A DNA stretch of 64,000 nt from Camelus dromedarius (taxonomy: Eukaryota), in the NCBI RefSeq assembly GCF_036321535.1, contig NC_087437.1:52330001-52394000 (forward strand), read 5' to 3'. The stretch's first letter is position 1. Each line of letters begins with the position of its first letter. The notes below the pieces were generated by a model. It saw only the letters and a list, made by a program, of their open reading frames with translations. It did not search any database and was not told the origin of the DNA. The translations under genes and the position numbers were made by a program. This document shows positions 25,596 through 37,131 of the stretch, one piece after another.

Positions 25596-26537
25596 TGATA
25601 ATTTTAAGATATGTCCAGAAATTCTCTTATTCTTCCCTTCAGGAATTAGAGCCTAATTCCTCTCCCCTTGAGTGTGGGCTGGGCCCTGATGACTTGCTTC
25701 TGATGAACAAATAAAGGGAAAATGAGGGCATGCAGCTTTGGAGACCAGGTCAGGGATTAGCAAACTATAGTATGTGGGCTGGCCACCTGTTTTTATAAAT
25801 ATACTTGTATTGGGACATACCCATTTGTTTACATATTGTATGTAGCTAAAATATTGTTTGCCCTGAAACAACTGAAGGAAGTAGTCACAATACTCTGGCA
25901 TGCAAGCCCAAGGTATTTACTACCTAGCCCTTTAAGAAAGTTTGCTAATCCCTGAACTAGGTCATAAAAAACACTGCAGCTTTTTACTTGCTCTTGATAA
26001 TTTGCTGTGGGAGAAGCCAGCTGCCTTGTCATGAGGACACCCAAATTCCTGTTGTTCAGGAACTGAGGCCTCCTGCAAACAGCTTTGTGAGTGAACAGTC
26101 TTGGAAGTACAACTGACCCTTGAACAGTGCGGGAAGAGGGTGAGGGGCAGGCATCGACCCTCTGCACAGCCAAAAATCCACGGGTAGCTTACAGTCAACT
26201 CTCTGTAGTCGAGGTTCCTCCGTATCCGCGGTGCCACATCTAGGGATTCATCCAACCGCAGAACATGTATTACTATAATATTTACTATTTTTAAAAAGCC
26301 ACATGTAAGTGGACCCCCACAGTTCAAACCCGTGCTGTACAAGGGTCAACTTTTGTTCCTCAAGACCCAGGCAAGCTTTCAGATGACTGCATCCCTGGGC
26401 AACAGCTCAACTGAAACTTCATGAGAGACCCTGAACCAGAACCACCCACCTAAGCTGCTCCCTGACCTTCAGAAACCATGTGAGATAATAAAGGTTTGTT
26501 GTTTTAAGCTGCTAGGTTTGGGGCAATTTCTTATGCC
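25596..26537 (+). mobile_element. MLT1F-type LTR with nested MER58A (about 25750-25953) and Tigger2-type MITE (26110-26352)
   Basis: 'ccccttgagtgtgggctgg', 'gagaagccagctgcc', 'tgagataataaaggtttgttgttttaagc'; nested TIRs 'caactgacccttgaaca' and 'caagggtcaact'. Confidence 0.8.
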
Positions 26538-27022
26538 GCAATACAGAACCAACTCACTCACGCTCCCCTTCTGCAGTTTTCCATGCCGCCTACAAGCTGC
26601 TCTGCGTACCTTGTCTATGCCTCTCGCTTTGACTATTTTAGAAACATAGTCAGAAATAAGACTTTATATAAAGAAACTCCCAGATGACATAGATAAGACT
26701 TCTAGAAAACAAAGGATCTTAGAAGGCAAAGGCTGTATCTTCCGTATTTTTCATAATTCTCCTTACCAACTAGTAAAGCACTATGTATGATCATTGCTGC
26801 TGATTGTGACTATCACTAACAAAGTGTTAGGTTTATAAACTGTGCTTATTTGAGTTATTAGGCAGGATGTTTGCTCTATTATGTTACTTGATCTTATTTA
26901 TATAAAAAGGAGTTTTAGAGTATGCCATTATAATCCTTATTGGAGGTACCTCGGGGTTTTAGTTGCTCTCTATAAATATTAACCAAGTTGTCTCTAGTCA
27001 GGGTGGTGTTGAGTTCTGTGGG

Positions 27023-27636
27023 TGTATTTGTTTTCTATTGCTGCATAACAATATTATCACAAACTTAGTGGCTTCAAGCAACACATTTATTATCTCAATT
27101 TCTGTGGGTCAGGACGCTGAACATGGCCTGGTTGGGCCTTCTCCATATGGTCTTCTACGTCTTCAGTCAAGGTGTTGGCCAGAGTTGGATTCCCATGTGG
27201 AGGCTTGACTGGAAAACTTGTGAAGTTATTGACAACATTCAGTTTCTTGTGGTTATAGGACTGAGAGCTTCAGTTTTTTATTTTGGGGTTTTTTGTTTTG
27301 TTTTGTTTTTTTGGTTAATTGCCTATTGGCTAGAGGCTTCCCTCAGCTCACAGGGACCACCCACACTTTGAAGGCAAGCCCTCTGGGATTCCCCAACCTG
27401 GCCACTTGCTTCCTCTCAGTTAGCAAGGGAGAAACTCCAGCCAGACAGACACTATGGTTTTATATAGCATCATCACCTCATTATGTCATGTAATCACATA
27501 CATCCCAGCACCTTTACTATATTCTGTTGATTAGAAGCAAGTGTCACTCATACTCAAGGAGAGGGATCACACAAAGGTATGTGAACATTAGCAGGTGGGG
27601 GATCACGGGAGCCACCTTAAGAACATGTCTGCCACA
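27023..27636 (-). mobile_element. MaLR (MLT1E/F/G-like) LTR
   Basis: 'tgtatttgttttctattgctgcataacaa..aaacttagtggctt', 'ttagaagcaagtgtcac', ends 'tctgccaca'. Confidence 0.75.
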
Positions 27637-28970
27637 GCAGACTTGGAGATCATGCAAATTCTCCTTGCAAAGTGAAATCCATACCTTAACAAGATGGTTT
27701 CTGTACTTAAAGAGGGAGTATGGTGCGTTTTTTCCCTCCTTTGTGCTACAAATGGATGACACCCAGGAAAGTGCTAAGAAGATCACAGGGTAAATGGATA
27801 GAAATGGGGTCATAAAAGACAAGAAAGGTAAAAGATAAGCCTAAGCCCCAAACCCATCGTCAGCCTGGAAAATGCTGTATCTGGACGCAACTTGGCAACT
27901 TGGACGCAAATAGATGACCCTAAGCAGGAGCAGCCAAAGGTACCCATTTCCACAAGGTCATGGATATAGTGTAAAAAGTTCTATTATTTGTTCCTTTTCA
28001 ATCATACCTGCATAGACTGTAATCAAGTTTTAGTGAGACCTCAGAATAAGAAGGACAATAATAAATGTGATCCCAAATCTACCTTGATGTGTGGTATATA
28101 TTTGCTTATTCATTTAGTGAGTTGCTATTGAATGCTTACCATATATACAGAAGGCCCTTTGTAGGTGCTACTCAGTTTTACATGTTCATGGTGTGCATCA
28201 GTAGGAAAGAGCGCCTCCATTTACTGGCTGTACCTGCCATGGGTGTAGGAGGAAGAGTAGAGGCACACATGCCTAGTTTCTGCCAGCCCTAGTGTATAGT
28301 GTTTTTCCAAGAAGTTTAGTGGTAAAGGACAGGAAAGTGAGTAGATAAATCACAGGGAAATTTTGAAAAGGAGGGACATGAGCATTTGCTTAGAGACAAA
28401 GGAGAAGCCTAGCCAGTAAGAAGATGGAGATGATATATTTATCTGTGCCAAGAGAATCTGTTACATAGTAGGTGCTCAGTTATATTAGTTGTCTTACCCC
28501 CTCCTTATTTTTTTTCTCTTAAACATATATTACACTACTGTGTGTCATACATGGCAGCAGCTACCATGGTAATCATACTAACTATATCCCTGACCCCTTT
28601 GCCTTTATGCCCTATCCAGCTTGGAAACATCATTAGCCATTTCAACAATCACTTCCTCCCAGACTAACTTCCTCCCAGACTTACTTCTTCCACCCCTTGT
28701 CAACTTTTGGCCCTTCTTCCTTTAACTGAGCAAGTCCAGAGCACCTCCCTAATCATGTTTTCTGCTGCTATATTGTTTGTTTTGCCTCCTCGGTTGGGTC
28801 CTCACTGCTGACTGGTGGCATTTAATTCATATCTATTTGCATTTCCCATAGTAGCTATCCAAATCTCTTCTTTTCCTTATTATCCCATCTCCGTTGTCCT
28901 TCTTGGTTGATTGTTGTGCCTTCAATGATGGGGTCTCTCAGCTTCCTTTCTACTCATCTCATAATCTTTT

Positions 28971-29128
28971 TTTTGTTTTTATTTATTTTATTTTATTTTA
29001 TTTTATTAGGTTTGTTGATTGATTGATTTATTTTTCTAGAGGAGGTACTAGGGATTGAACTCAACACCTCATGCATGCTAAGTAAGCCCTCTACCGTTTG
29101 AGCTATATCCTCCCCCCTCTTTTTTTCT
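28971..29128 (-). mobile_element. tRNA-derived SINE (vic-1-like)
   Basis: 'ggaggtactagggattgaac..gcatgctaag..tgagctatatcctccccc'; TSD ATCTCATAATCTTTT at 28956-28970 and 29129-29143. Confidence 0.9.
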
Positions 29129-29309
29129 ATCTCATAATCTTTTATTGTCATCCTCACTTCTCTATTTTTCTTGCAAAATAAAATAAGTAAACACATACAA
29201 CATACCCCTACCTACCTTCTGTTCAAGATTTTTGGTCCTAAACCCTCTCACCTCCTCAAAGCTTATTCCAGCCATGAGCATCCCTCACTCTAGTGAAAAG
29301 ACACATTAC

Positions 29310-29455
29310 AGGGGGGAAGGTGTAGCTCAAGTGGTAGAGCGCATGCTTAGCATGCACAAGGTCCTGGGTTCAATCCCCAGTACTTCCTCTAAAAGTAAAT
29401 AAATAGACCTAATTCCCTCCTCCCCCACCAAAAAAAAAAAAAAAAAAAAAGAATG
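29310..29455 (+). mobile_element. tRNA-derived SINE (vic-1-like), young
   Basis: 'gggggaaggtgtagctcaagtggtagagcgcatgcttagcatgcacaaggtcctgggttcaatccccag'; pure poly-A; perfect TSD GAAAAGACACATTAC at 29295-29309 and 29456-29470. Confidence 0.92.
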
Positions 29456-29838
29456 GAAAAGACACATTACCAACTACAGCTGAGTGTATTACAGAATCAT
29501 TTCCAGGCCATCTGTGCCTTGATGTTTGATATCTCCCTTAAAATTAGAGAGGGAAAAAACTATAACAAATTTTTTGAAGTTAAAATAATAGTATTTATTA
29601 AATTAGCAAGTTTTAAAACTTAATTTTATCCCCAAAGTAATACATTTGTACATTTCATAGATAATTTAGAAATTTAATTAAAAGAAAGAAAAATTAAATC
29701 ACCACTATCCCTACATCCAGAAATAACAATGGTTAATATTATATTTATTCTTCTAATCATATATATGTGTTAGATCATCTGTTATCTTACCTTCCTTTTC
29801 ATATTTTATTATGAATATTTTTATCTGTTCTTACATAT

Positions 29839-30001
29839 GAAATTTTTTTATTAATCTATAGTCAGTTTACAATGTTGTATCAATTTCTGGTGTACAGCAC
29901 AATTCCTCAGTCACACATGAATATACATATATTCATTTTTTATTCTTTTTCACCATGAACTACTACAAGATATTGAATATATTTCCCTGTGCTACACAGT
30001 A
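29839..30001 (-). mobile_element. Short L1 3' terminus (older subfamily)
   Basis: 'tatagtcagtttacaatgttgtatcaatttctggtgtacagc'; TSD TGTTCTTA(C/T)ATAT at 29826-29838 and 30002-30014. Confidence 0.8.
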
Positions 30002-30351
30002 TGTTCTTATATATTTTGATATGCAGTTTATTTTTTTAACATTTTTTATTGATTTATAATCATTTTACAATGTTGTGTCAAATTCCAGTGTTCAGCACAA
30101 TTTTTCAGTTATTCATGGACATATACACACTCATTGTCACATTTTTTTCTCTGTGAGTTATCATAACATTTTCTGTATACGTCCCTGTGCTATACAGTGT
30201 AGTCTATTCTACAATTTTGAAATCCCAGTCTATCCCTTCCCACCCTCCACCCCCCTGGTAACCACAAGTCTGTATTCTCTGTCTGTGAGTCTATTTCTGT
30301 CCTTTATTTATGCTTTGTTTTTGTTTGTTTGTTTATTTTTGTTTTTGTTTT

Positions 30352-33300
30352 TTAGATTCCACATATGAGCGATCTCATATGGTATTTTTCTTTCTCTTTC
30401 TGGCTTACTTCACTTAGAATGACATTCTCCAGGAGCATCCATGTTGCTGCAAATGGCATTATGTTGTCGGTTTTTATGGCTGAGTAGTATTCCATTGTAT
30501 AAATATACCACCTCTTCTTTATCCAGTCACCTGTTGATGGACATTTAAGCTGTTTCCATGTTTTGGCTATTGTAAATAGTGCTGCTATGAACATTGGGGT
30601 GCAGGTGTCATCCTGAAGTAGATTTCCTTCTGGATACAAGCCCAGGAGTGGGATTCCTGGGTCATATGGTAAGTCTATTCCTAGTCTTTTGAGGAATCTC
30701 CATACTGTTTTCCATAGTGGCTGCACCAAACTGCATTCCCACCAGCAGTGTAGGACGGTTCCCCTTTCTCCACAGCCTCTCCAGCATTTGTCATTTGTGG
30801 ATTTTTGAATGACAGCCATTCTGACTGGTGTGAGGTGATACCTCATTGTAGTTTTGATTTGCATTTTTCTGATAATTAGTGATATTGAGCATTTCTTCAT
30901 GTGCTTTTTGATCATTTGTATGTCTTCCTTGGAGAATTGCTTGTTTAGGTCTTCTGCCCATTTTTGGATTGGGTTGTTTATTTTTTTCTTATTGAGTCGT
31001 ATGAGCTGCTTATATATTCTGGAGATCAAGCCTTTGTCGGTTTCACTTGCAAAAATTTTCTCCCATTCCGTAGATATTTCTTCTTGTTTTATTTCTGGTT
31101 TCCTTTGCTGTGCAGAAGCTTGTAAGTTTCATTAGGTCCCATTTGTTTATTCTTGCTTTTATTTCTTCTAGGAGAAAATTTTTGAAATGTATGTCAGATA
31201 ATGTTTTGCCTATGTTTTCCTCTAGGAGGTTTATTGTATCTTGTCTTATGTTTAAGTCTTTAATCCATTTTGAGTTGATTTTTGTATATGGTGTAAGGGA
31301 GTGTTCTAGCTTCATTGTTTTACATGCTGCTGTCCAGTTTTCCCAACACCATTTGCTGAAGAGACTGTCTTTATTCCAATGTATATTCTTGCCTCCTTTG
31401 TCAAAGATGAGTTGACCAAAAGTTTGTGGGTTCATTTCTGGGCTCTCTATTCTGTTCCATTGGTCTATATGTCTGTTTTGGTACCAATACCATGCTGTCT
31501 TGATGACTGTAGCTCTATAGTATTGTCTGAAGTCTGGGAGAGTTATTCCTCCAGCCTCTTTCTTTCTCTTCAGTAATGCTTTGGCAATTCTAGGTCTTTG
31601 ATGGTTCCATATGAATTTTATTATGATTTTTTCTAGTTCTGTGAAATATGTCCTGGGTAATTGGATAGGGATTGCATTAAATCTGTAGATTGCCTTGGGC
31701 AGTGTGACCATTTTGACAATATTGATTCTTCCAATCCAAGAGCATGGAATATCTTTCCATTTTTTAAAGTCTTCTTTAATTTCCTTCATCAATGGTTTAT
31801 AGTTTTCTGTGTATAATTCTTTCACCTCCTTGGTTAGATTTATTCCCAGATATTTTATTACTTTGGGTGCTATTTTAAAGGGGATTGTTTCTTTACTTTC
31901 TTCTTCTGTTGATTTATCGTTAGTGTAAAGGAATGCAACTGATTTTTGAACGTTAATTTTGTAACCTGCTACCTTGCTGAATTCTTCGATCAGCTCTAGT
32001 AGCTTTTGTGTGGACCTTTTAGGGTTTTCTATATATAGTAACATGTCATCAGCATATAATGACACTTTTACCTCTTCTTTTCCAATTTGGATCCCTTTTA
32101 TTTCTTTCTCTTGCCTGACTGCTGTGGCTAGGACTTCCAGGACTATGTTGAATAGGAGTGGTGATAGTGGGCATCCTTGTCTTGTCCCAGATTTTAGTGG
32201 GAAGCTTTTGAGTTTTTCACCGTTGAGTACTATGCTGGCTGTAGGTTTGTCATATATAGCTTTTATTATGTTGAGATATGTTCCCTCTATACCCACTCTG
32301 GCGAGAGTTTTTATCATAAATGGGTGTTGAATTTTATCAAATGCTTTTTCTGCATCGATTGAGATGATCATGTGGTTTTTGTCCTTTCTCTTGTTGATGT
32401 GATGTATTACACTGATTGATTTGCGTATGTTGAACCAGCCTTGTGTCCCTGGGATGAACCCCACTTGGTCATGATGTATAATCTTTTTTATGTGTTGTTG
32501 GATTCTATTTGCCAAAATTTTGGTGAGGATTTTGGCGTCTATGTTCATCAGTGATATTGGTTTATAATTCTCTTTTTTTGTAGTGTCTTTGCCTGGTTTT
32601 GGTATCAGGGTGATGGTGGCTTCATAGAATGAGTTTGGGAGTATTCCCTCCTTTTCAATCGTCTGGAAGAGTTTGAGAAGGACTGGTATGAGTTCTTCTT
32701 TGTATGTTTGGTAGAATTCCCCGGTGAAGCTGTCCGGTCCTGGACTTTTATTTGTAGGGAGGTTTTTAATTGCTATTTCTATTTCCTTTCTAGTGATCGG
32801 ATTGTTCAAGTGTTCAGATTCTTCTTGATTCAGTTTTGGTGGACAGTATGTTTCCAGAAACTTGTCCATCTCCTCTAGGTTATCCAGTTTGGTTCCATAC
32901 AGTTTTTCATAATATTCTCATATGATATTCTGTATTTCTATTTTGTTTGTTGTAATTTCTCCATTTTCCTTTCTTATTTTGCTAATTTGTGCTCTCTCTT
33001 TTTTCTTCTTTGTGAGTTTGGCCAGAGGTTTGTCGATTTTATTTACTTTTTCAAAAAACCAGCTTTTGGTTTGGTTGATTTTTTCTATGGTCTTGTTAAT
33101 CTCTATTGTATTTAATTCCCCTCTGATCTTTATTATTTCCTTCCTTCTGCTGCTTTTTGGGGCTTTTTGTTCTTCTTTTTCTAATTCATTCAGGTGGTGG
33201 GTTAAATTGTTTATTTGAGATTGTTCTTCTTTTTTGAGGAAGGCCTGTATCGCTATAAACTTCCCTCTTAGCACTGCCTTTGCTGTGTCCCATAGGTTTT

Positions 33301-34150
33301 GAGTGGTTGTGCTTTCATTATCATTTGTCTCAAGGTATTTTTTAATTTCAGCTTTGATTTCCTCATTGATCCATTGTTTTTTCAATAACATATTGTTTAA
33401 TCTCCATGCTTTCCTCTTTTTCTCCTTTGTTTCTCTGTTGTTGATTTCCAGTTTCATGGCATTGTGGTCAGTAAAGATGCTTGAGATAATTTCTATCTTC
33501 TTAAAATTGTTGAGGTTTCTTTTGTGCCCAAGTACATGATCGATCCTGGAAAATGTTCCATGTGCACTTGAAAAGAATGTATATCCTATTTTTGGGGGGT
33601 GTAATGCTCTGAAAATATCCACCAAATCTAGTTTTTCTATTGTAGTATTTAATTTCTCTGTTGCCTTGTTTATTTTCTGTCTGGAAGATCTGTCTAGTGA
33701 TGTTAATGCAGTGTTAAAATCTCCAACTATGATTGTATTCCCATCAATATCCCCCTTTATCTCTGTTAGTAATTCTTGTATGTACTTAGGTGCTCCTATA
33801 TTGGGTGCATATATATTAACGAGTGTAATATCCTCATCTTGTATCACTCCTTTAATCATTATAAAATGTCCTTCTTTATCTTTCTTTATGGCCTTTGTTT
33901 TAAAGTCTATTTTGTCTGAAATCAGTACTGCAACACCTGCTTTTTTGGTTTTTCCATTTGCATGGAATATCCTTTTCTAGCCTTTCACTCTCAATCTATA
34001 TGTGTCCTTCTCCCTAAAGTGGGTCTCTTGTATGCAGCATATTGAAGGTTCTTGCTTTATTATCCAGTCTGCCACTCTGTGTCTTTTGACTGGAGCATTT
34101 AGTCCATTAACATTTACACTAATTAATGATAGATGTGTGTTTATTGCCAT
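30352..34150 (-). pseudogene. L1 ORF2p (APE endonuclease, reverse transcriptase, CCHC knuckle), disrupted
   Basis: Starts MAINTHLSLISVNVNGLN at 34150; motifs [37 protein letters not shown]. Lesions: TAG at 33977-79, TGA at 32918-20, +1 frameshift near 31075. Confidence 0.95.
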
Positions 34151-34554
34151 TTTGAACTTATCTTTGCAGTTGAATTGGTATATCCTCTTTGTTCCTTTCT
34201 TCTTCCTTTTGTGGTTTGGTAATTTTCCTTTGTAATATCATGGATTTTATTTAATTTTTGTGACTCCTTTGTAAATTTTTGGCTTGTGGTTACCCTTTTT
34301 TGTAAATGTATCAACCCATTACTATAACTGTTTTTATTAAACTGATAGTAACATGATCTCAAACCCATCCTACTGTTAAAAAAATTTAAAAAAGAAAGAA
34401 AAAGATATTCTATATTTCCCTGCCTCCCTCTCCCACTCTCAGTGATTTGTATGTCTTCTTTTATAATTTCATGTTTACTTTATTTGTAATTCATGAGTTA
34501 TCACCTTTCCAGTTGTGAGTTTCTCATTTCTGTAGCATACTGCTGCTTTTCTAT

Positions 34555-35457
34555 TTAGAATAGCCCTTTCAATATTTCTTTTAGCATGGGTTTAGTGTTG
34601 CTAAACTCCTGCAGCTTTTTTTTGTCTGTGAAACTCTTTATTTCTCCTTCTATCCTCAAGGATAGCCTTGCTGGATAAAGGATCCTAGGCTGCATCTTTT
34701 TTTCATTCAGGGCTTTGAATATATCTTGCCACTCCCTTCTGGCCTGTAGTGTTTGTGTAGAGAAATCAGCTGAGAGCCTTATGGGGGTTCCCTTGTAACT
34801 TACTCTTTGCTTTTCTCTTGCTGCCTTTAGAATCATTTCTTTATCCTTGACTCTGGCCATCTTGATTATGATATGTCTTGGTGTGGGTCTATTTGGGTTC
34901 TTCCTGTTTGGGACCCTCTGAGCTTCCTGTACTTGGATATCTGATTCCTTGTTTAAGGTTGGGAAGTTTTCAGTCATGATTTCTTCAAAAACCTTTTCAA
35001 TCCCCTTTGATCTTTCTTCTCCTTCTGGGACCCCTATTATGCAAAGATTGGGACGCTTTATATTATCCCATAGGTCCCTTATGCTATTTTCATTATTTTT
35101 TATTTGCTTATCTTGTAGTTCTTCTGAATGGGTGCTTTCTATTGCCCTGTCTTCTAGATCACTAATTCGTTCCTCTGCATTATCTAGTCGGCTTTGCACA
35201 GCTATTAGATCATTCCTCATCTCTGTCAATGAGTTTACCCATTCTACTTGGCTCTTCTTTATAGCTTCAATTTCATTTTTGACATATTTTATATCTCTAA
35301 ACACTATCTCTTTTAATTCCTTCAGCAATTCGATCACTCCTTTTTTGAAATCTTGATCTAGTAGGCTATCAATGTCTATTTCGTTGATCTTTCTTTCAGG
35401 GGATTTCTCTTGTTCTTTTAATTGGGAAAGGTTTTTCTGCTTCTTCATCTTGCTCAT
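34555..35457 (-). CDS. L1 ORF1p RNA-binding chaperone, 300 aa, intact
   Basis: Coiled-coil heptads and conserved motifs IIGVPE, TPRHI, AAREK, PIRLSADFS, ARREW, YPARLS. Confidence 0.95.
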   Translation of the reverse strand: MSKMKKQKNLSQLKEQEKSPERKINEIDIDSLLDQDFKKGVIELLKELKEIVFRDIKYVKNEIEAIKKSQVEWVNSLTEMRNDLIAVQSRLDNAEERISDLEDRAIESTHSEELQDKQIKNNENSIRDLWDNIKRPNLCIIGVPEGEERSKGIEKVFEEIMTENFPTLNKESDIQVQEAQRVPNRKNPNRPTPRHIIIKMARVKDKEMILKAAREKQRVSYKGTPIRLSADFSTQTLQARREWQDIFKALNEKKMQPRILYPARLSLRIEGEIKSFTDKKKLQEFSNTKPMLKEILKGLF

Positions 35458-37131
35458 ACCTCTTTGGCACTGTGGTTTATGGAGTATCAGTTGTTTATTT
35501 TGGTCCTTAAGGATTTTATCTATCTAATGCCTATTTAGGAATAGAACTTAGGAAAAAAAGAAAAAAAAAATAGAAAGAATTTTAAAAGAAGGGAGAAAGA
35601 GGGTTTGAAAACAGTGTATAATGAATAATAGACGAGTGAGTTGAAGCAGAGTATTAATCGGATTGAGACGTCCTTTTAAAACCTTTACAAAAAAGAGGGG
35701 GGGGAGATGAATAGATGTATTTGAAACCTGTGTCTAATCAATAGCAGGACATCAAAACCCAAGAGAAATAGAAATGAATTAAGAAGTAAAAATTAAGAGA
35801 GTAATATAAAATAGAACAGGTAAAAACAGATTTTAAAAAAGGGGGGGGCGGTTTGTCGGTGTTCTCCTGGAGTCTGTGTGCTTTTAATGTGAAGTCTTTC
35901 TGTCTTCGTCCTGTTTTGGAAGCTCAGCTTGCTGTTTTCAGAGGCCCTCCGTTGGCGCCCTCTTCTGTGCTGCTCCCAGCACCTGTCGGCAAGCAGATCG
36001 CGCCTCCTCCTAACACTGGGTCAGGTGCAGCTCTCCTCTGCTGTGGGTGGGCGGGTCGCTGCCCCTCCGGATGCAGCAGTCAGATGTTGCAGACTGGCCA
36101 GGTAGGAGGGCGGGTCATGCCCCCTCCCAGCACCTCGGCCAGGGGCTGTGTTCCTGCCCGAAAGGCGGGGGGAGGAGGGCGCTCTCCTTCTACCTGCTCC
36201 GCAGGTAGCTCCGCTGCTCTGTGCGGCTGCGCACTCCGCCCTGGTCGGCGCTCCGCGGGTGGGCTCTGGGAAGACCAAGGGACAGACTTGTCCCTGCTCC
36301 GAGCCAAAACCCAGCTCCTTGTTTGTCTTTGTGGAGCAAGTTCTCTGAGGGACCAGGATGGAAGGATCCTATCTGCCCCGGGCTGCAGGCCAGTCTCAGT
36401 CTGGCCTTTGAGGCTGCTAAGCCCTTCAGTGCGGATGCAGGTTTCGCCCCCGCCCCCGCCCCCGCCCCCGCCTGAGTGCTAAGCGCGGAGGATATGGCGG
36501 CTGTGCCTGAGCCCCGCCTCTCTTCCCCCCGAACACTCAGAGATGGGGGTGTGCACCCTTCCCCCGAGAGCACATCAACCTTGCTGTTTTATGGAGGGCC
36601 CAGGTTGTTCTGCCCTGTGCACCCACAGCCACGGCGTGCAGCCCCTTGCGTTCCCCCGGGGCTGCCTCTGTGCAGCCACTTCCGTCCTCCGCCCGGCTTG
36701 TGCAGCCTGGCCCTGCCCGCCGCTGCCGGCCCGCGTCTCAGGCTGGGTGTCGGGGGGACGCTCTGTGCCCGTTTAACTTAGTTCTGTTAGTCAAGGACTG
36801 CTCTGTACAGATCCGAGCCTCGGAGGCTCCCCCTCCGTCCCACTGGCCTCTCAGTTGGAGAGGGGAGACCCAGAGAGCGAGCGCCAGTCCTCCTTTGCCG
36901 CTCCCTCCCCGCGGGACCCGTCCCGCGCTGCTTTGCCTTTTGTTCTTATTTTTTTCCTTTTCTCCTACCAGATTTTTGGCGTTTTTATCTTTTGAAGAGG
37001 GCGATGTTCTGTTGGAGTTCCACAGGTGCTCTGGTTGGCTGAGTGGGTCTGTAGATGTGGGTCTTGGTGTATTTGTGGGAGAGGGTGACCTGCGAGCGTC
37101 CTTCTACTCCGCCATCTTCCTCCTAAAATTC
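35458..37131 (-). promoter_or_regulatory. L1 5'UTR and internal promoter, with CpG-rich segment at about 35950-37120
   Basis: YY1 site (ccgccatctt, 37109-37118), dense CpGs, (CGCCCC)4 GC boxes at 36445-36472, pyrimidine-rich tract before ORF1. Confidence 0.85.

Larger units (their letters stand above)
30032..37131 (-). mobile_element. Full-length LINE-1 (7.1 kb)
   Basis: 5'UTR with YY1 motif, ORF1, ORF2, 3'UTR, AATAAA and short poly-A; perfect 15-bp TSD TGATATGCAGTTTAT at 30017-30031 and 37132-37146; endonuclease-like site ttt|ataaa. Confidence 0.98.

Noticed and set aside
30854..35356. Many + strand ORFs of 65-135 aa over the L1 body, also 1400-1942
   Set aside because: Antisense shadows of A-rich L1 coding sequence, rich in Phe/Leu/Ser/Ile, with no independent coding signal.
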